DNA of 26,084 bases from Promethearchaeati archaeon (GTDB taxonomy: Archaea > Asgardarchaeota > Heimdallarchaeia > JABLTI01): positions 1-26,084 of the forward strand of contig JABLTI010000053.1 in the NCBI GenBank assembly GCA_013166835.1. The letters are read 5' to 3'. Position numbers and translations under genes: made by a program. The notes under the pieces were generated by a model. The model had not been told where the DNA came from. It was given only the letters and a program-made list of their open reading frames with translations, and did not search any database. Below are positions 1-10,030 of the stretch, one piece after another. Numbering within the stretch: the first letter of the stretch is position 1; each line of letters opens with the position of its first letter.

Positions 1-810
1 ATCCCTGATCCTTCCTTTCTCACTTATCCTCGTCAAACAGTTCTTGCTGGTGGAGTTCCTGTTTGGATGAAGCCCACTAAGGAATTGAAGATTGATACTT
101 CTAATCTTCAAGAATACATTTCTAATCGTTCCAAAGTAATTATTTTGAATTTCCCCTCAAATCCCACAGGGGAAATTATGACTCCCTCAGAATTAAAACC
201 AATAATTGATTTAGCTGTCGACAATGATCTGATTATTTTAACAGATGAAGTTTACGAGAAATGTATTTTCACAGATGATAAACATATACGTGTTTCAAAC
301 TTAGATGGGGCATATGAGAGAACGATATTATTGAACAGCTTCTCAAAAACGCTTTGCGTACCAGGATGGCGTTTAGGATATGCAGCGGGTCCTAAAGAAA
401 TGATAGGACAAATAACCAAAATGCATAGCTTTGTTGTTGCTAACGCACCATCTGCTCAGCAAAATGCGATTGGAGATTTTATAAATACATCTGAATTTGA
501 TGAGTTTACTAAGAAATTAAGAGATACATTGAAGGAACGAATGATCAAGATTGTGAAAGGGTTCAATAGCATAAATGGCATTAGTTGTCGGAAACCAGAA
601 GGAAGTTTCTATGCTTTCCCAAGAGTCACTTTTCATAAAGACTATACAACCTCTAAAGAATTAAGTGAGGAAATCTTTGAGAAACAAAAAATAGTTTTTG
701 TTCCTGGAACAGAATTTGGTCCCTCAGGTGAGGGGCATCTTAGAGCTAGTTTTGGATCTAGTTCTCTTGAGCAAATCGATGAGGTAATGCAACGATTGGA
801 AGAGCTCTAA
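1..810 (+). CDS. PLP-dependent class I/II aminotransferase (aspartate aminotransferase-like), 5'-truncated by the window edge
   Basis: The frame is open from base 1 (IPDPSFLTYPRQ...). Motifs: NFPSNPTG, DEVYE, SFSKTLCVPGWRLGY (PLP lysine), PEGSFYAF, PGTEFG..GEGHLRASF. Confidence 0.93.
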   Translation: MPDPSFLTYPRQTVLAGGVPVWMKPTKELKIDTSNLQEYISNRSKVIILNFPSNPTGEIMTPSELKPIIDLAVDNDLIILTDEVYEKCIFTDDKHIRVSNLDGAYERTILLNSFSKTLCVPGWRLGYAAGPKEMIGQITKMHSFVVANAPSAQQNAIGDFINTSEFDEFTKKLRDTLKERMIKIVKGFNSINGISCRKPEGSFYAFPRVTFHKDYTTSKELSEEIFEKQKIVFVPGTEFGPSGEGHLRASFGSSSLEQIDEVMQRLEEL

Positions 811-842
811 TTTCAGCTGCTTGACTTAAAAAGATAAAAGAG

Positions 843-869
843 GAGAGATAGATTTCTCTCTATTTTTTT
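843..869 (+). terminator. Possible terminator between convergent genes
   Basis: Short hairpin gagaga-tagatt-tctctc (843-860) followed by a T-run. Confidence 0.3.
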
Positions 870-1053
870 ATGGTCCAACAAAACTGCATGCGGGACATGT
901 ATAATTAATTTCTTTTTGTCTACAAAAAGAACATCGTACATGAACTACATCACCACAACTTGGACATCTGAATTTTACTGACCCAACATCATCTGGTGTT
1001 ATCTTTCTAAAGCAGCAGGAACATGTTGGCATTTGGTAAGCTTTGTCACTCAT
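868..1053 (-). CDS. Small double Zn-ribbon protein (DUF1610 / HVO_2753-like, predicted RNA-binding)
   Basis: 61 aa with four CxxC pairs (CSCC, CPSC, CSFC, CPAC) and the C-terminal Y.CP.C.F.GP signature. Confidence 0.85.
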   Translation of the reverse strand: MSDKAYQMPTCSCCFRKITPDDVGSVKFRCPSCGDVVHVRCSFCRQKEINYTCPACSFVGP

Positions 1054-1073
1054 TCTTCAGTTCTCCGAAAGTT

Positions 1074-1490
1074 CTAGACCCGTCTTCCTCTTCTTCCACC
1101 GGCTCTTCTGGTGCCATCGTGTGCTACAGGTGTTACTTCTTCAATTCTACCTATTCTTAAACCAGAACGAGCTAATGCTCTGATTGCTGCTTGCGCACCG
1201 GGTCCAGGAGTTCTTGGGCCATTTCCACCAGGAGCTCGCACTGCTATGTCTATTTTTGTAATTCCTCGATCTTTTGCGGCTGTAGCAGCATCATAAGCTG
1301 CTCTCATTGCTGCATAAGGTGATGATTCAAATCTGTCACTCTTTACATACATTCCGCCTGATCGTTTGGCTATTGTTTCGCTACCAGTTGCATCAGTTAC
1401 AGTGATGATTGTGTCATTATATGAAGAGTATATGTGAACTATTCCTGTTCGGTGTAATCTTCTCTTTTTGGGATCTCTTGTTGCACTCAT
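1074..1490 (-). CDS. rps11: 30S ribosomal protein S11 (uS11)
   Basis: [62 protein letters not shown]. Start moved to ATG 1490 because a GGTGA Shine-Dalgarno (1496-1500) precedes it. Confidence 0.97.
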   Translation of the reverse strand: MSATRDPKKRRLHRTGIVHIYSSYNDTIITVTDATGSETIAKRSGGMYVKSDRFESSPYAAMRAAYDAATAAKDRGITKIDIAVRAPGGNGPRTPGPGAQAAIRALARSGLRIGRIEEVTPVAHDGTRRAGGRRGRRV

Positions 1491-1500
1491 GTTTCTCACC

Positions 1501-2250
1501 TTATAATTCATCTTTCAATTTTTTAGGAACAACTTTCTCGGCTTTTTCAGCAATTTCTTTGATTTCTTCAGCCTTTTCGTCTACTTTAAGTAAAGGAGCT
1601 TCTTCCTCTTTTGGCTTGGGTTTTGGAGCTTCCTTCTTTACTGGAGGAGCTCCTCTCCTCTTTGGTCCTCCTCTGGATGGTGGACCACGTCTTCGGTCAC
1701 CTCTCCTTTCATCAGCAGACTTTTTGCCTTTGAAAACATTTGCTGGTAAAGCTTTATGACTTGATTTGCGATACGGAGAAGTTGGCATAAAGGTAAGTAA
1801 GCTTTCCTCTGTTGGAGAAACAAGATAACTTGGTGATTTTGCAATTCGATCACCAATTAAAATATGACCATGAACTATCATTTGTCGTGCATGATGGGGA
1901 GTTGTTGCCAAACCTTTTTTGAAGACCAAAGTTTGCAATCTTCTTTCAAGAAAGTTTTCTACTTGTAAACTTAAAACATCATCAAGGGTTGCTTTCTTCG
2001 AAACCAAACCCATGCGTTGCAATCTACCTAATAATTCCTGTTCCCCGACTTTTCGATCTTCATCATCAAGACTTAAGAGTTTTCGAGCATTCCCTCTAAA
2101 ATTTCTTAGCATTGTAGAATGCTTCCAGACTGCCTTCTTGTTTCTTAAACCATATTTTCCTACGATTTGAATATCGTGATCAATACGTAACCTATCAAAA
2201 GGTTGACGAGGGGTCTTGTATTTCTTTCTAATTTTCCTTGGATCGCCCAT
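1501..2250 (-). CDS. rps4: 30S ribosomal protein S4 (uS4) with a long low-complexity C-terminal extension
   Basis: [54 protein letters not shown] Shine-Dalgarno at 2258-2263. Confidence 0.97.
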   Translation of the reverse strand: MGDPRKIRKKYKTPRQPFDRLRIDHDIQIVGKYGLRNKKAVWKHSTMLRNFRGNARKLLSLDDEDRKVGEQELLGRLQRMGLVSKKATLDDVLSLQVENFLERRLQTLVFKKGLATTPHHARQMIVHGHILIGDRIAKSPSYLVSPTEESLLTFMPTSPYRKSSHKALPANVFKGKKSADERRGDRRRGPPSRGGPKRRGAPPVKKEAPKPKPKEEEAPLLKVDEKAEEIKEIAEKAEKVVPKKLKDEL

Positions 2251-2263
2251 TTATTTCTCACCT

Positions 2264-2722
2264 TTAGATTTTCTTCCTAGATACCCCAAGGGATCTTCCA
2301 CCTCTACCGGTGCTTTTTGTTCTTTGACCTCTAACTTTGTGACCGACAGCGTGTTTTACTCCTCGGTAGGTTCTTAATTTCTTTAAGCGATCAACATCAT
2401 TTCTTTCATATAAAGCTAAGTTAGAATGAACTAAATGAATATCTTTGCCAGAGACTCTATCTTTAACGTGATTAACAAACCATTTAGGAATACCATGTTT
2501 TATTGGATCTTTAATTACTTCATCTATGGCTTTTACCTGTTCATCAGAAAGTAAGCCTATAAAGAGGTCTTTTGGTATTCCAGCTTTTTTCAAGACAATA
2601 TCTGCCATTCTAGGACCAATTCCACGAATTTGAGTCAAGCCATTACCTACGTGCTTGTCTCCTCTAATATCTGTCCCAGTAATTCGGACTAAATGCTTGA
2701 AATCATCGAATTTTGTTGACAA
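2264..2722 (-). CDS. rps13: 30S ribosomal protein S13 (uS13)
   Basis: VRITGTDI.G, LTQIRGIGPR, YRG..H..G.KVRGQRTKSTGR. TTG start preceded by GAGGT. Confidence 0.97.
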   Translation of the reverse strand: MSTKFDDFKHLVRITGTDIRGDKHVGNGLTQIRGIGPRMADIVLKKAGIPKDLFIGLLSDEQVKAIDEVIKDPIKHGIPKWFVNHVKDRVSGKDIHLVHSNLALYERNDVDRLKKLRTYRGVKHAVGHKVRGQRTKSTGRGGRSLGVSRKKI

Positions 2723-2941
2723 TTACAAATACCTCTAGTTATATTATTTCAAACAAATTCTATTATTAGTAATCTGTAGGACTCGACGAGATTTTTCATT
2801 CTATAAATCTTTTGGATAGATTGTAAATCAAATTCCTTTTTGATTAATAGCGATTTCTCGGTAGTTCTTGCTTGAGGAATTATAATATATATCTTACTAC
2901 ATATTTAGTGAATTTCTTTGAAAAAAAGAATCAGATGAGAG

Positions 2942-4378
2942 TTAGAATGTCTCATCTTTATAATTTTCGTCTTCTTCAGTTTCTTCTAATGCTTCATCAA
3001 TATCTTCAATGATTTCCTCTACTGTGAGATTATCTTCTTCAGTTTTTTCTTCGACTGCTTCTTCCTCTGGATCTTCAATTGCTTCCTCAGGCTCAAGGTC
3101 AATGATTTCTTCAGCAATGTCTTCTGTGATTTCTTCGATTACCTCTTCATCAACTTCTTCTCTAAAGTCATCCTCAATTATTGCAACTTCATCTTCTTCT
3201 TCTTCTTCTTCTTGTTTTACAGCACCTGAAATCACAAAAGAGAAATCCTCTGTTATCAAAGCATAAGCATCTTTGAAAACATCAGTCATCCCTTTCCAAT
3301 CTTTGAGGGTTTCCTTAAACGCTTTTTCAAACTCTTTTCCAAAATCCTTTAATGCAGAACGAAGGACCATGGAGTCTGAATCAGTAATAAGTGCATAAAG
3401 TGCTGAATCTGTTTTTTCGATAAGCAAAATCCTATCATCCAAGTGAATAACTGTTGGAGTGGAATCACTATCTAAAGTCTCTTTTAGAATGCTGATGACT
3501 CCCGATAATGCACCGCTAATTAATGAAGAGTCCATGATGAGTGCTTTTTCACCAAATTCACAGAAATCATGAGTTAACAAAGGAATGCCATGATTGTTCA
3601 TAACTAATAATCTGTAAGCGGAAACAGGTGCAAAATAGATCTGAATTGGTGAACGCAAGTAGGCACTTGCTAAAATTGCAAACCCGATTACTACAAATAT
3701 TATATCTAAATCTCCTAGGGATTTGAACGCTTCAAATAAATTTAGAAGATAATTTAATGCTGTTCCTCCTAGAGCAGCGATTGCTAAACCAGTAATAATT
3801 AATCCTATTTGTCGTTTCTGTTTCTTTACGGTTGCTCTTCGAAGACCTCTGATAAATAATGCAAACATGAACAAATAGACAACAAGTAGAAAGAGAAGCA
3901 AAATTCCAAGAAATCCAAATGAGTAATCAGTATTCCATCCACTTATTGCATCATAATTAACAGTAACGAAAGGACCTAACCAATCTCCAAATATAGCATG
4001 TTGTGGTTTAACAAATGGACCCAACCATAATGCAGTAAGAGTAACTCCTGCAAGGAATGAAGTGAAAATTGATTGATGAGATAAAGAATCCTTGACCAGC
4101 AATTCTCTAAAATACGATATTATTAACAAAGATACAATTAAAATTGTTAATGAACTCATTTTATAGATCAGAACATAATTTTCATTCATTGTTTCAGGTA
4201 AGAATATACTACCTAATTTTGTTCCTGCCCATAGGAGCATTCCAGTAAAGAATAAAATTAAGTATATTGTAGGAACAAATCTATTGAGTAAATAATTCAA
4301 GCCTAGTAAAATTAAAATCACTAAACAAAAACTAATTGCTAAAATACTTGGTATCATTTGATATAATGGGACTGCCAT
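2942..4378 (-). CDS. Membrane protein: ~7 TM helices, a cytoplasmic longin/roadblock-like domain and an acidic tail
   Basis: Seven hydrophobic segments in aa ~10-242. Then RLLVMNNHGIPLL...LISGALSGVISILKE...IHLDDRILLIEK..ALYALIT..LRSALKDFGKEFEKAF, a longin-like pattern. The last ~90 aa are Glu/Asp-rich. Confidence 0.75.
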   Translation of the reverse strand: MAVPLYQMIPSILAISFCLVILILLGLNYLLNRFVPTIYLILFFTGMLLWAGTKLGSIFLPETMNENYVLIYKMSSLTILIVSLLIISYFRELLVKDSLSHQSIFTSFLAGVTLTALWLGPFVKPQHAIFGDWLGPFVTVNYDAISGWNTDYSFGFLGILLLFLLVVYLFMFALFIRGLRRATVKKQKRQIGLIITGLAIAALGGTALNYLLNLFEAFKSLGDLDIIFVVIGFAILASAYLRSPIQIYFAPVSAYRLLVMNNHGIPLLTHDFCEFGEKALIMDSSLISGALSGVISILKETLDSDSTPTVIHLDDRILLIEKTDSALYALITDSDSMVLRSALKDFGKEFEKAFKETLKDWKGMTDVFKDAYALITEDFSFVISGAVKQEEEEEEDEVAIIEDDFREEVDEEVIEEITEDIAEEIIDLEPEEAIEDPEEEAVEEKTEEDNLTVEEIIEDIDEALEETEEDENYKDETF

Positions 4379-4553
4379 TCTGAATCTCCTCTATTAGGAT
4401 CAATATAACAATTATTAACTACAGTTCTTTGTTTTCAAAAGATTTTTGGATGAGTACAACTTTGACTATTTAGCACAAAACTAAATGGTCACATTTTCCC
4501 AGTTTGATAATATATTGTGACCACCTAATAGTATAAGTAGATACACAATATAA

Positions 4554-4877
4554 TTGGGTGATCAAAAAATGGATAAAGAAATAAAAATCAAGAAAAAAAG
4601 CGACGAAATCCCAGTAGACGATTTAAGAGAACTCTTCGGAGTTATTAATCAACAAATTCCAGATTTGATTAGAAACTTGTTTGCTTCTCTTTACGATGCA
4701 GAGACAGCAGAACAATATGCCAAAGGCATTGCTACAATCTACAAAACTCTTACAGAACAAGGATTGCCTGAAGAGATGGTAGAGAAGCTAACAATGAAGT
4801 ACGCAAATTCTATGGACTTTATTGGGAAAGCAATGGAGAACATAGATTTTAAAGACATAAAAGGAGAAGAGGATTAA
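4554..4877 (+). CDS. Conserved helical hypothetical protein
   Basis: 107-aa ORF (alternative ATG at 4569) with an amphipathic helical pattern (YKTLTEQGLPEEMVEKLT). Confidence 0.75.
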   Translation: MGDQKMDKEIKIKKKSDEIPVDDLRELFGVINQQIPDLIRNLFASLYDAETAEQYAKGIATIYKTLTEQGLPEEMVEKLTMKYANSMDFIGKAMENIDFKDIKGEED

Positions 4878-4933
4878 TCCTCTTATTTCCTATTTTATTA
4901 ATACTAATCAAAGAAGTCTCAAATTAGGTTAGA

Positions 4934-5278
4934 ATGAAGGCAGTGTTAAACATAATGAGTATTTTCGGTCAAGTAGTTCGAATCGCTTTCTGGGGTTGTT
5001 TGGAATTCAACCTTCTACTCCTGTACTTAGTGTTTGTATTTTTCCCATATATGACTATAATAGCTATGAGAAGAATACACATTAAAAATAAAGTGAAGCG
5101 AAAGATGATTCGAACTGGCATGCCTAGAAAGAAGGCAAAAATTTATGCTAAAAGATATCAGTCATTTCTAGCAGGATACGGTAGTATCAAAGGAATTTTA
5201 AAATTTACAAGAAAAGCTAGACAAGCAGCTAAAAAAGAAAAAGTGAATAACATCGTTTCGTACTCGATTGTTTCCTGA
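4934..5278 (+). CDS. Hypothetical basic membrane-anchored protein
   Basis: N-terminal hydrophobic segment followed by a Lys/Arg-rich region; co-oriented with its neighbours. Confidence 0.65.
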   Translation: MKAVLNIMSIFGQVVRIAFWGCLEFNLLLLYLVFVFFPYMTIIAMRRIHIKNKVKRKMIRTGMPRKKAKIYAKRYQSFLAGYGSIKGILKFTRKARQAAKKEKVNNIVSYSIVS

Positions 5279-5420
5279 AACAAATATAGTCTATGTTGTT
5301 CTATTTTTCTTCAATATAGATTTAATAGAAGATTTAAATATAGGAATGTGTAAGTAAAGTATAGAAAAATGTAATAAGAATTAGTTAGCGACGATTAAGA
5401 AATCATCTTGAGGGTTTAGA

Positions 5421-5921
5421 ATGGCAGCTGAAAAAAAGAAGAAGAAGGCACCAGAGAAATCTAAGGATACCATTAATCCGAATTCCATGGATCTTCTTAA
5501 CAACAAACTAGATCAGACCATTCAAAGAATCGCAGATCTTGAGAATAAAATTGAAAAATTAAGTCCAGACATTAAAGATGCTACAGGATCCTTAAATATG
5601 ACTTTGGCCATCTTGAGAACCTTTCAAGAAGTAACTAATGTAGCAACGATTTTTTCTCCTTCTAAATGGTTGATGCGGCTTCGTCCTGATGTTAATTTAG
5701 ATGCCATTGAACGTCTTATTGTTGATGTTTTGACTCGAGAAGGACCTAAGAATATCTCACAACTTACAGCTTCTGTTAGAATGGAAAGGGGTACTGCTTC
5801 TCGAAGGATTATTCGAGACAAAGTAAATGATATGATTGTACGGGAAATTCTAGAGGAAGTGGATGAGGGGTATGGGAGAGTCATCAAAATGGCAATTGAC
5901 GTAAAAGAATTATCCAAGTAA
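5421..5921 (+). CDS. Coiled-coil plus winged-helix DNA-binding protein
   Basis: Heptad stretch LNNKLDQTIQRIADLENKIEKL. C-terminal wHTH IVDVLTREGPKNISQLT...SRRIIRDKVNDM..REIL. Confidence 0.7.
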   Translation: MAAEKKKKKAPEKSKDTINPNSMDLLNNKLDQTIQRIADLENKIEKLSPDIKDATGSLNMTLAILRTFQEVTNVATIFSPSKWLMRLRPDVNLDAIERLIVDVLTREGPKNISQLTASVRMERGTASRRIIRDKVNDMIVREILEEVDEGYGRVIKMAIDVKELSK

Positions 5922-5927
5922 TTTAGA

Positions 5928-7812
5928 TTAGGTTTCCAATCCTAATTCTTTTAATTTTGCATTGAATTTTTTATTTAGCGCCTCATTAACAAGCTTGCCA
6001 TCAATTTTTCCTCTAACTTGCTCCATCACAAGTCCCATTAGTTTTCCAAGAGCTCCTTGTCCATTATCTATTATGAAATCTAGATTCTCTTTGATAACTC
6101 CATCAATAATTTGGTCTAGTTGTTCTTCTGAAACAAGTTCTAATTTTAAAAACTCCAATGCTACATCCATTTTATCCCTTGGTTTTTCAGCAAAGTGTTT
6201 TAGTAAAGGATCTATAGCTTCTTTTGCTATTTTCTTAGTTTTCAGCAACTCAAAAATATCTTTTATTTTTTTGTCAGTGAGGTTCTCAATTGGCACATTA
6301 TCTCTTGCTAGAGCCTTCATAGTTTGCTCAAGAGTAACAGCCACAAGCATTGGATCAATACCATTTTTTACGAGATCATCAAACAAATCTGCTCTTGTTG
6401 AGATAGCCATTTCTTTAGCGATATCCTCAGGTAAGTTTAGAGTTTTAATATACCGCTCTTCTTTTTTATCAGGTAATTCTGGCAATTCTTCTTCTATTCG
6501 TCTTATTCTAGCATTTGTTATAACTATTGGATAAGAATCAGTATCGGGGTACATTCTTCCTGCACCACTGAGGTATCGTCTGAAGCTCGTTGTTCCATCC
6601 TCATTTGCATGTCTTGTTTCAAATTGTATCTTCTTTCTTTCCTATTACGAAAGCTACAGCATCATTACTTTTACATTTGAAGAATTTGCACAAACTCGCA
6701 ACTTCTTCCTCTTTAACTCCATAATTGAGGAGCTCATCAGTATGTAGAATTCCACCTAATCCTGTAATGACTTTAACTCTTTCAGCTAGTTCTTTACCAA
6801 ATGTTTTCTCAGCTTGGATTTTTTTACTCAGAATCCCTTTCATACCTGGTAATTTGACTCCCTTGATGTTTTGCTTTTCTTTTATTGCTTCTCTCAGTAA
6901 TTTTGATGTTGTTTTTGCGAAAACATCTTTACAGTCTTTAAACTCAGCAAGATAAGTCTCTGAAGTTAATTTCTTTTTTTCCAAAAGTTCCTTTATCTCT
7001 AATAAAGCAAGTTGTCTGTCAACTTCTTGCTTGACATATTCTGGCAACATATCTAAGACTTGTACACCCTTTATTTCGATCCTAGCACCCTTCTCAATGC
7101 TTATATTCAAATCCTGTCGAATTGTTCCTAATCCTCGTTTTACTTTTCCGGTAGCTCGAAGTATACGACCAATCCCCTCAGCAATTAATTTGATTTCATT
7201 TGGATCACTAATAGCAATTGTTTTAGTTACTATTTCAACGAGAGGAATTCCCAAACGATCTACTCTCCAAGTAATCGTACGTCCGATATTTGAGATCTCC
7301 CTGCATGAGTCTTCCTCTATTGCTAGCATATCCAAATTAACTACTCTTCCAGCAGCTTTTATCTTTCCACCAATACCAACAATCATAGATCTTTGAAAAC
7401 CTGTAGGAAGTGATCCATCCAAATATTGTTTTCTATTTACATGTAATTCATCAAGAATATCCATTTGCAATAAACGGGCAATAGCTATTGCTAAATCGAT
7501 AGCATTTGGATCCGGATCAAAAGGTGGTGTTTCATCTATTTCATAACTACATACTGAGTCATGTATTTCATAGACGATTTTCTTTTGTTTCTTGAATTCC
7601 ATAAGTGCAGCTTTGTCGTACTCTCCTAGTTCTGATAAGGTTGGACGCATATGTCTATTAATTGTTACTTGTGGTTCATCTAAACGCAGATCAGTTTTAC
7701 AGTGACAGAAAAGTTTTCGTCCTGTTTTTAGTTGTTGATGTAATTCAAGACCACATTTTAAACCTAAGACGGAATAATCTTTTTGTGGTTTTGTTTTAGC
7801 TGCTTGTGCCAT
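5928..7812 (-). pseudogene. gatE: Glu-tRNA(Gln) amidotransferase subunit E, split by a frameshift at ~6620 (probably an assembly or read error)
   Basis: The N-part has LKCGLELHQQL..KLFC.C, RKQYLDGSLPTGFQRS, DRLGIPLVEI, GLGTIRQDLNISI, GGILHTDEL. After ...KKEDTI-TGA, the +1 frame reads ETRHANEDGTTSFRRYLSGAGRMYPDTD and runs into the C-terminal YqeY-like domain (LMGLVMEQVRGKIDGK). Confidence 0.9.
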
Positions 7813-8028
7813 TATGAAACCCTCAATTTTGATTTAAAGCAATAATCGGTTTTCTAATATCTACTTTCTAAACCTATATATTATCCTAAACTTAAAATAA
7901 TTTAATTTTCTATTAATATAAGACTTTGTTATTATGTTAAAAGCACTGTGGAAACAAAAATTTAAAGAAAACAATAGGCAATCATGATTAATAGAAAAAA
8001 AAAAGTGTAATTTCAGAGAGGATGTATT

Positions 8029-9420
8029 GTGTCTGAGGATTCAAGTAACGATTATCATGGTATAGCAGCAATCTGGTTAGAAGCCCAAGAAATTAAAGTA
8101 TGGTCCAATGTCAATATAAAAACAAAAAAGGGAACCTTCAAAGGTGTACTTATTCCTCGTGGGGAGCAAGGAGATGATAAACACATTGTTTTAAAACTAA
8201 CCTCAGGTTACAATATTGGTCTTAGTTTAGATAGTATTATTGAGATTAAAGCTACAGGCGAGGTTCAAGCTGATTCTAAAATCCCAAATTTGAAGGTTAA
8301 AAAAGATCCAAAGAAACCCACTGTTGTCTTAATTGGAACCGGGGGAACTGTTGCTTCAAAATTGGATTACAGAACAGGAGCAGTTATTCCGGCATTTTCA
8401 CCACAGGAATTATACAACGCAGTCCCAGAATTGGAAAAGATTTGCAATCTTGAAACTATACAGCTTTTTCAGAAATTGAGTGAAAATATTGAACCCGCTG
8501 ATTGGATTATTTTAGCTAATGAAATTGCTAGTTGCTTAGAGAATGTTAATCCTGCTGGGGTAGTTATTGCTCACGGAACTGATACCTTACATTTAACAGC
8601 AGCTGCTTTATCCTTCATGCTTAAAAATATCGATAGACCAATTGTACTTGTAGGTTCTCAAAGAAGCAGTGATAGACCTTCAAGTGATGCGGCAATTAAT
8701 TTAATTAACAGTGTCTATGTTGCTGCGAAATCAGATATTGCTGAAATTTGTGTTTGTATGCACGGAACTTCAGGTGATGCCTATAACCTAATTCATAGGG
8801 GTACTCGCGTCAGAAAAATGCATTCCAGTAGAAGAGATGCATTTCGAACAGTAGGTGATATTCCAATAGCTAAGATTGAAAATAGTAAAATCAAAAATAC
8901 AGGAATAAGCTATCATAAGAGAAACCTTCGTAAAGGGAATCTAGAGGTTGATGCTAAATTAGATGAAAATGTTGGGTTGATTTTTAGCTATCCGGGAATG
9001 AAATTAGAGCAAATTGAGTATTTCCTTGAAAACAACTATAGTGGTTTAGTGATTGCTGGTTCCGGCTTAGGACATGTAAATCAAAAATTAATTAAAACAA
9101 TCTCACGAGCAAAAGAGAAGAATATACCCATATTTATGACCACTCAGTGTTTATGGGGATTTACTGGAATGAATGTATATGAGACTGGGAGAATGCTCTT
9201 AGAAGCAGGGGTCATTCCATTAGCTAATATGCTCCCAGAAGTTGCTTTAGTAAAAGCAATGTGGGTTCTAGGACACACAAAAGAAATTCCATTTGTTAAA
9301 GAATTAATGCAGAAAAATCTAGCAGGAGAGATTACTGAGCGAGAACCTTTTGATGGTTATTTAATTCTCCAAGGAAGAGTGGATAAAAGGATTGACAGAT
9401 TAATTCAGAAAGAAAAGTAA
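8029..9420 (+). CDS. gatD: Glu-tRNA(Gln) amidotransferase subunit D
   Basis: N-terminal GatD domain (VLKLTSGYNIG). Asparaginase-like motifs TGGTVASKLDYRTGAV, HGTDT, GSQRSSDRPSSD, RKMHSSRRDAF. Adjacent and divergent to gatE. Confidence 0.96.
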   Translation: MSEDSSNDYHGIAAIWLEAQEIKVWSNVNIKTKKGTFKGVLIPRGEQGDDKHIVLKLTSGYNIGLSLDSIIEIKATGEVQADSKIPNLKVKKDPKKPTVVLIGTGGTVASKLDYRTGAVIPAFSPQELYNAVPELEKICNLETIQLFQKLSENIEPADWIILANEIASCLENVNPAGVVIAHGTDTLHLTAAALSFMLKNIDRPIVLVGSQRSSDRPSSDAAINLINSVYVAAKSDIAEICVCMHGTSGDAYNLIHRGTRVRKMHSSRRDAFRTVGDIPIAKIENSKIKNTGISYHKRNLRKGNLEVDAKLDENVGLIFSYPGMKLEQIEYFLENNYSGLVIAGSGLGHVNQKLIKTISRAKEKNIPIFMTTQCLWGFTGMNVYETGRMLLEAGVIPLANMLPEVALVKAMWVLGHTKEIPFVKELMQKNLAGEITEREPFDGYLILQGRVDKRIDRLIQKEK

Positions 9421-9456
9421 AACAAGGTAGAGGTATTATAAAAGGAACAAATAGCG

Positions 9457-9879
9457 ATGGCTCTTAGTAACGATATTGTTCAAAGAATAGATGATTCAAG
9501 AGTTGTTCTTGAAAAAGTCTATGAGAAATTAGATCCTGAGAATTACACGAAAGGATACAAAGATATCTGGAAAGTAAGAGCAGAAATCGAATTTGTAGTA
9601 ATTTCGTTGAAACTTCTAAACAATCTTGAAGAAAACGAAATTGGAGTGAAATGGAAAGAAGAATTTTCTCAGACATTAAAGCAAGTAAGATCTGAAAGTA
9701 AGATTCGACAAGTTTTTTTGGAAACGTTTGTTTTGTATAACAAACTTGAGCAGATTGAGAATATTATTGAATTTTACCGAATTTGTTGGAAATTAAAAGA
9801 GAAACTAACTATTCTTCTCAATGTGGTTAAACCAAAACACAAACGAACAAATGAATCTGAATCAAAAGAAAAAAAATAA
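9457..9879 (+). CDS. Hypothetical helical protein
   Basis: 140-aa ORF 36 bp after gatD, followed by a T-run at ~9884-9894. Confidence 0.7.
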   Translation: MALSNDIVQRIDDSRVVLEKVYEKLDPENYTKGYKDIWKVRAEIEFVVISLKLLNNLEENEIGVKWKEEFSQTLKQVRSESKIRQVFLETFVLYNKLEQIENIIEFYRICWKLKEKLTILLNVVKPKHKRTNESESKEKK

Positions 9880-9889
9880 TAGGTTTTTT

Positions 9890-10030
9890 TGTTTCAGAAT
9901 TTTAATTAGGTATGAATTTAAATGAATAGTTTTATGTTAATTCGATGACATCTTTTGATTTACAAAGTAACTATCTTTGTTGGTTGTGCCACACAACCAC
10001 TATCCCCTATTCTTTCGAACTCGGGGAATG
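9890..10030 (-). ncRNA. Putative TnpB omega-RNA (reRNA) overlapping the tnpB 3' end; boundaries approximate
   Basis: Two adjacent hairpins lie in the last tnpB codons: tggttgtg-N3-cacaacca (9981-9999, perfect 8 bp) and acaaag-N7-ctttgt (9962-9980). Omega-RNAs are known to overlap tnpB 3' ends. Confidence 0.55.

Noticed and set aside
6600-6640. Programmed frameshift or stop-codon readthrough in gatE
   Set aside because: Readthrough of the TGA stays in the wrong frame and hits another stop. A conserved segment also appears to be missing, which recoding could not restore.
1111-7396. Antisense/overlapping ORFs (e.g. 1111-1296, 1409-1759, 3009-3266, 5962-6534, 7031-7396)
   Set aside because: Shadow frames of well-supported genes, with Ser/Phe/Ile-rich composition and no motifs.
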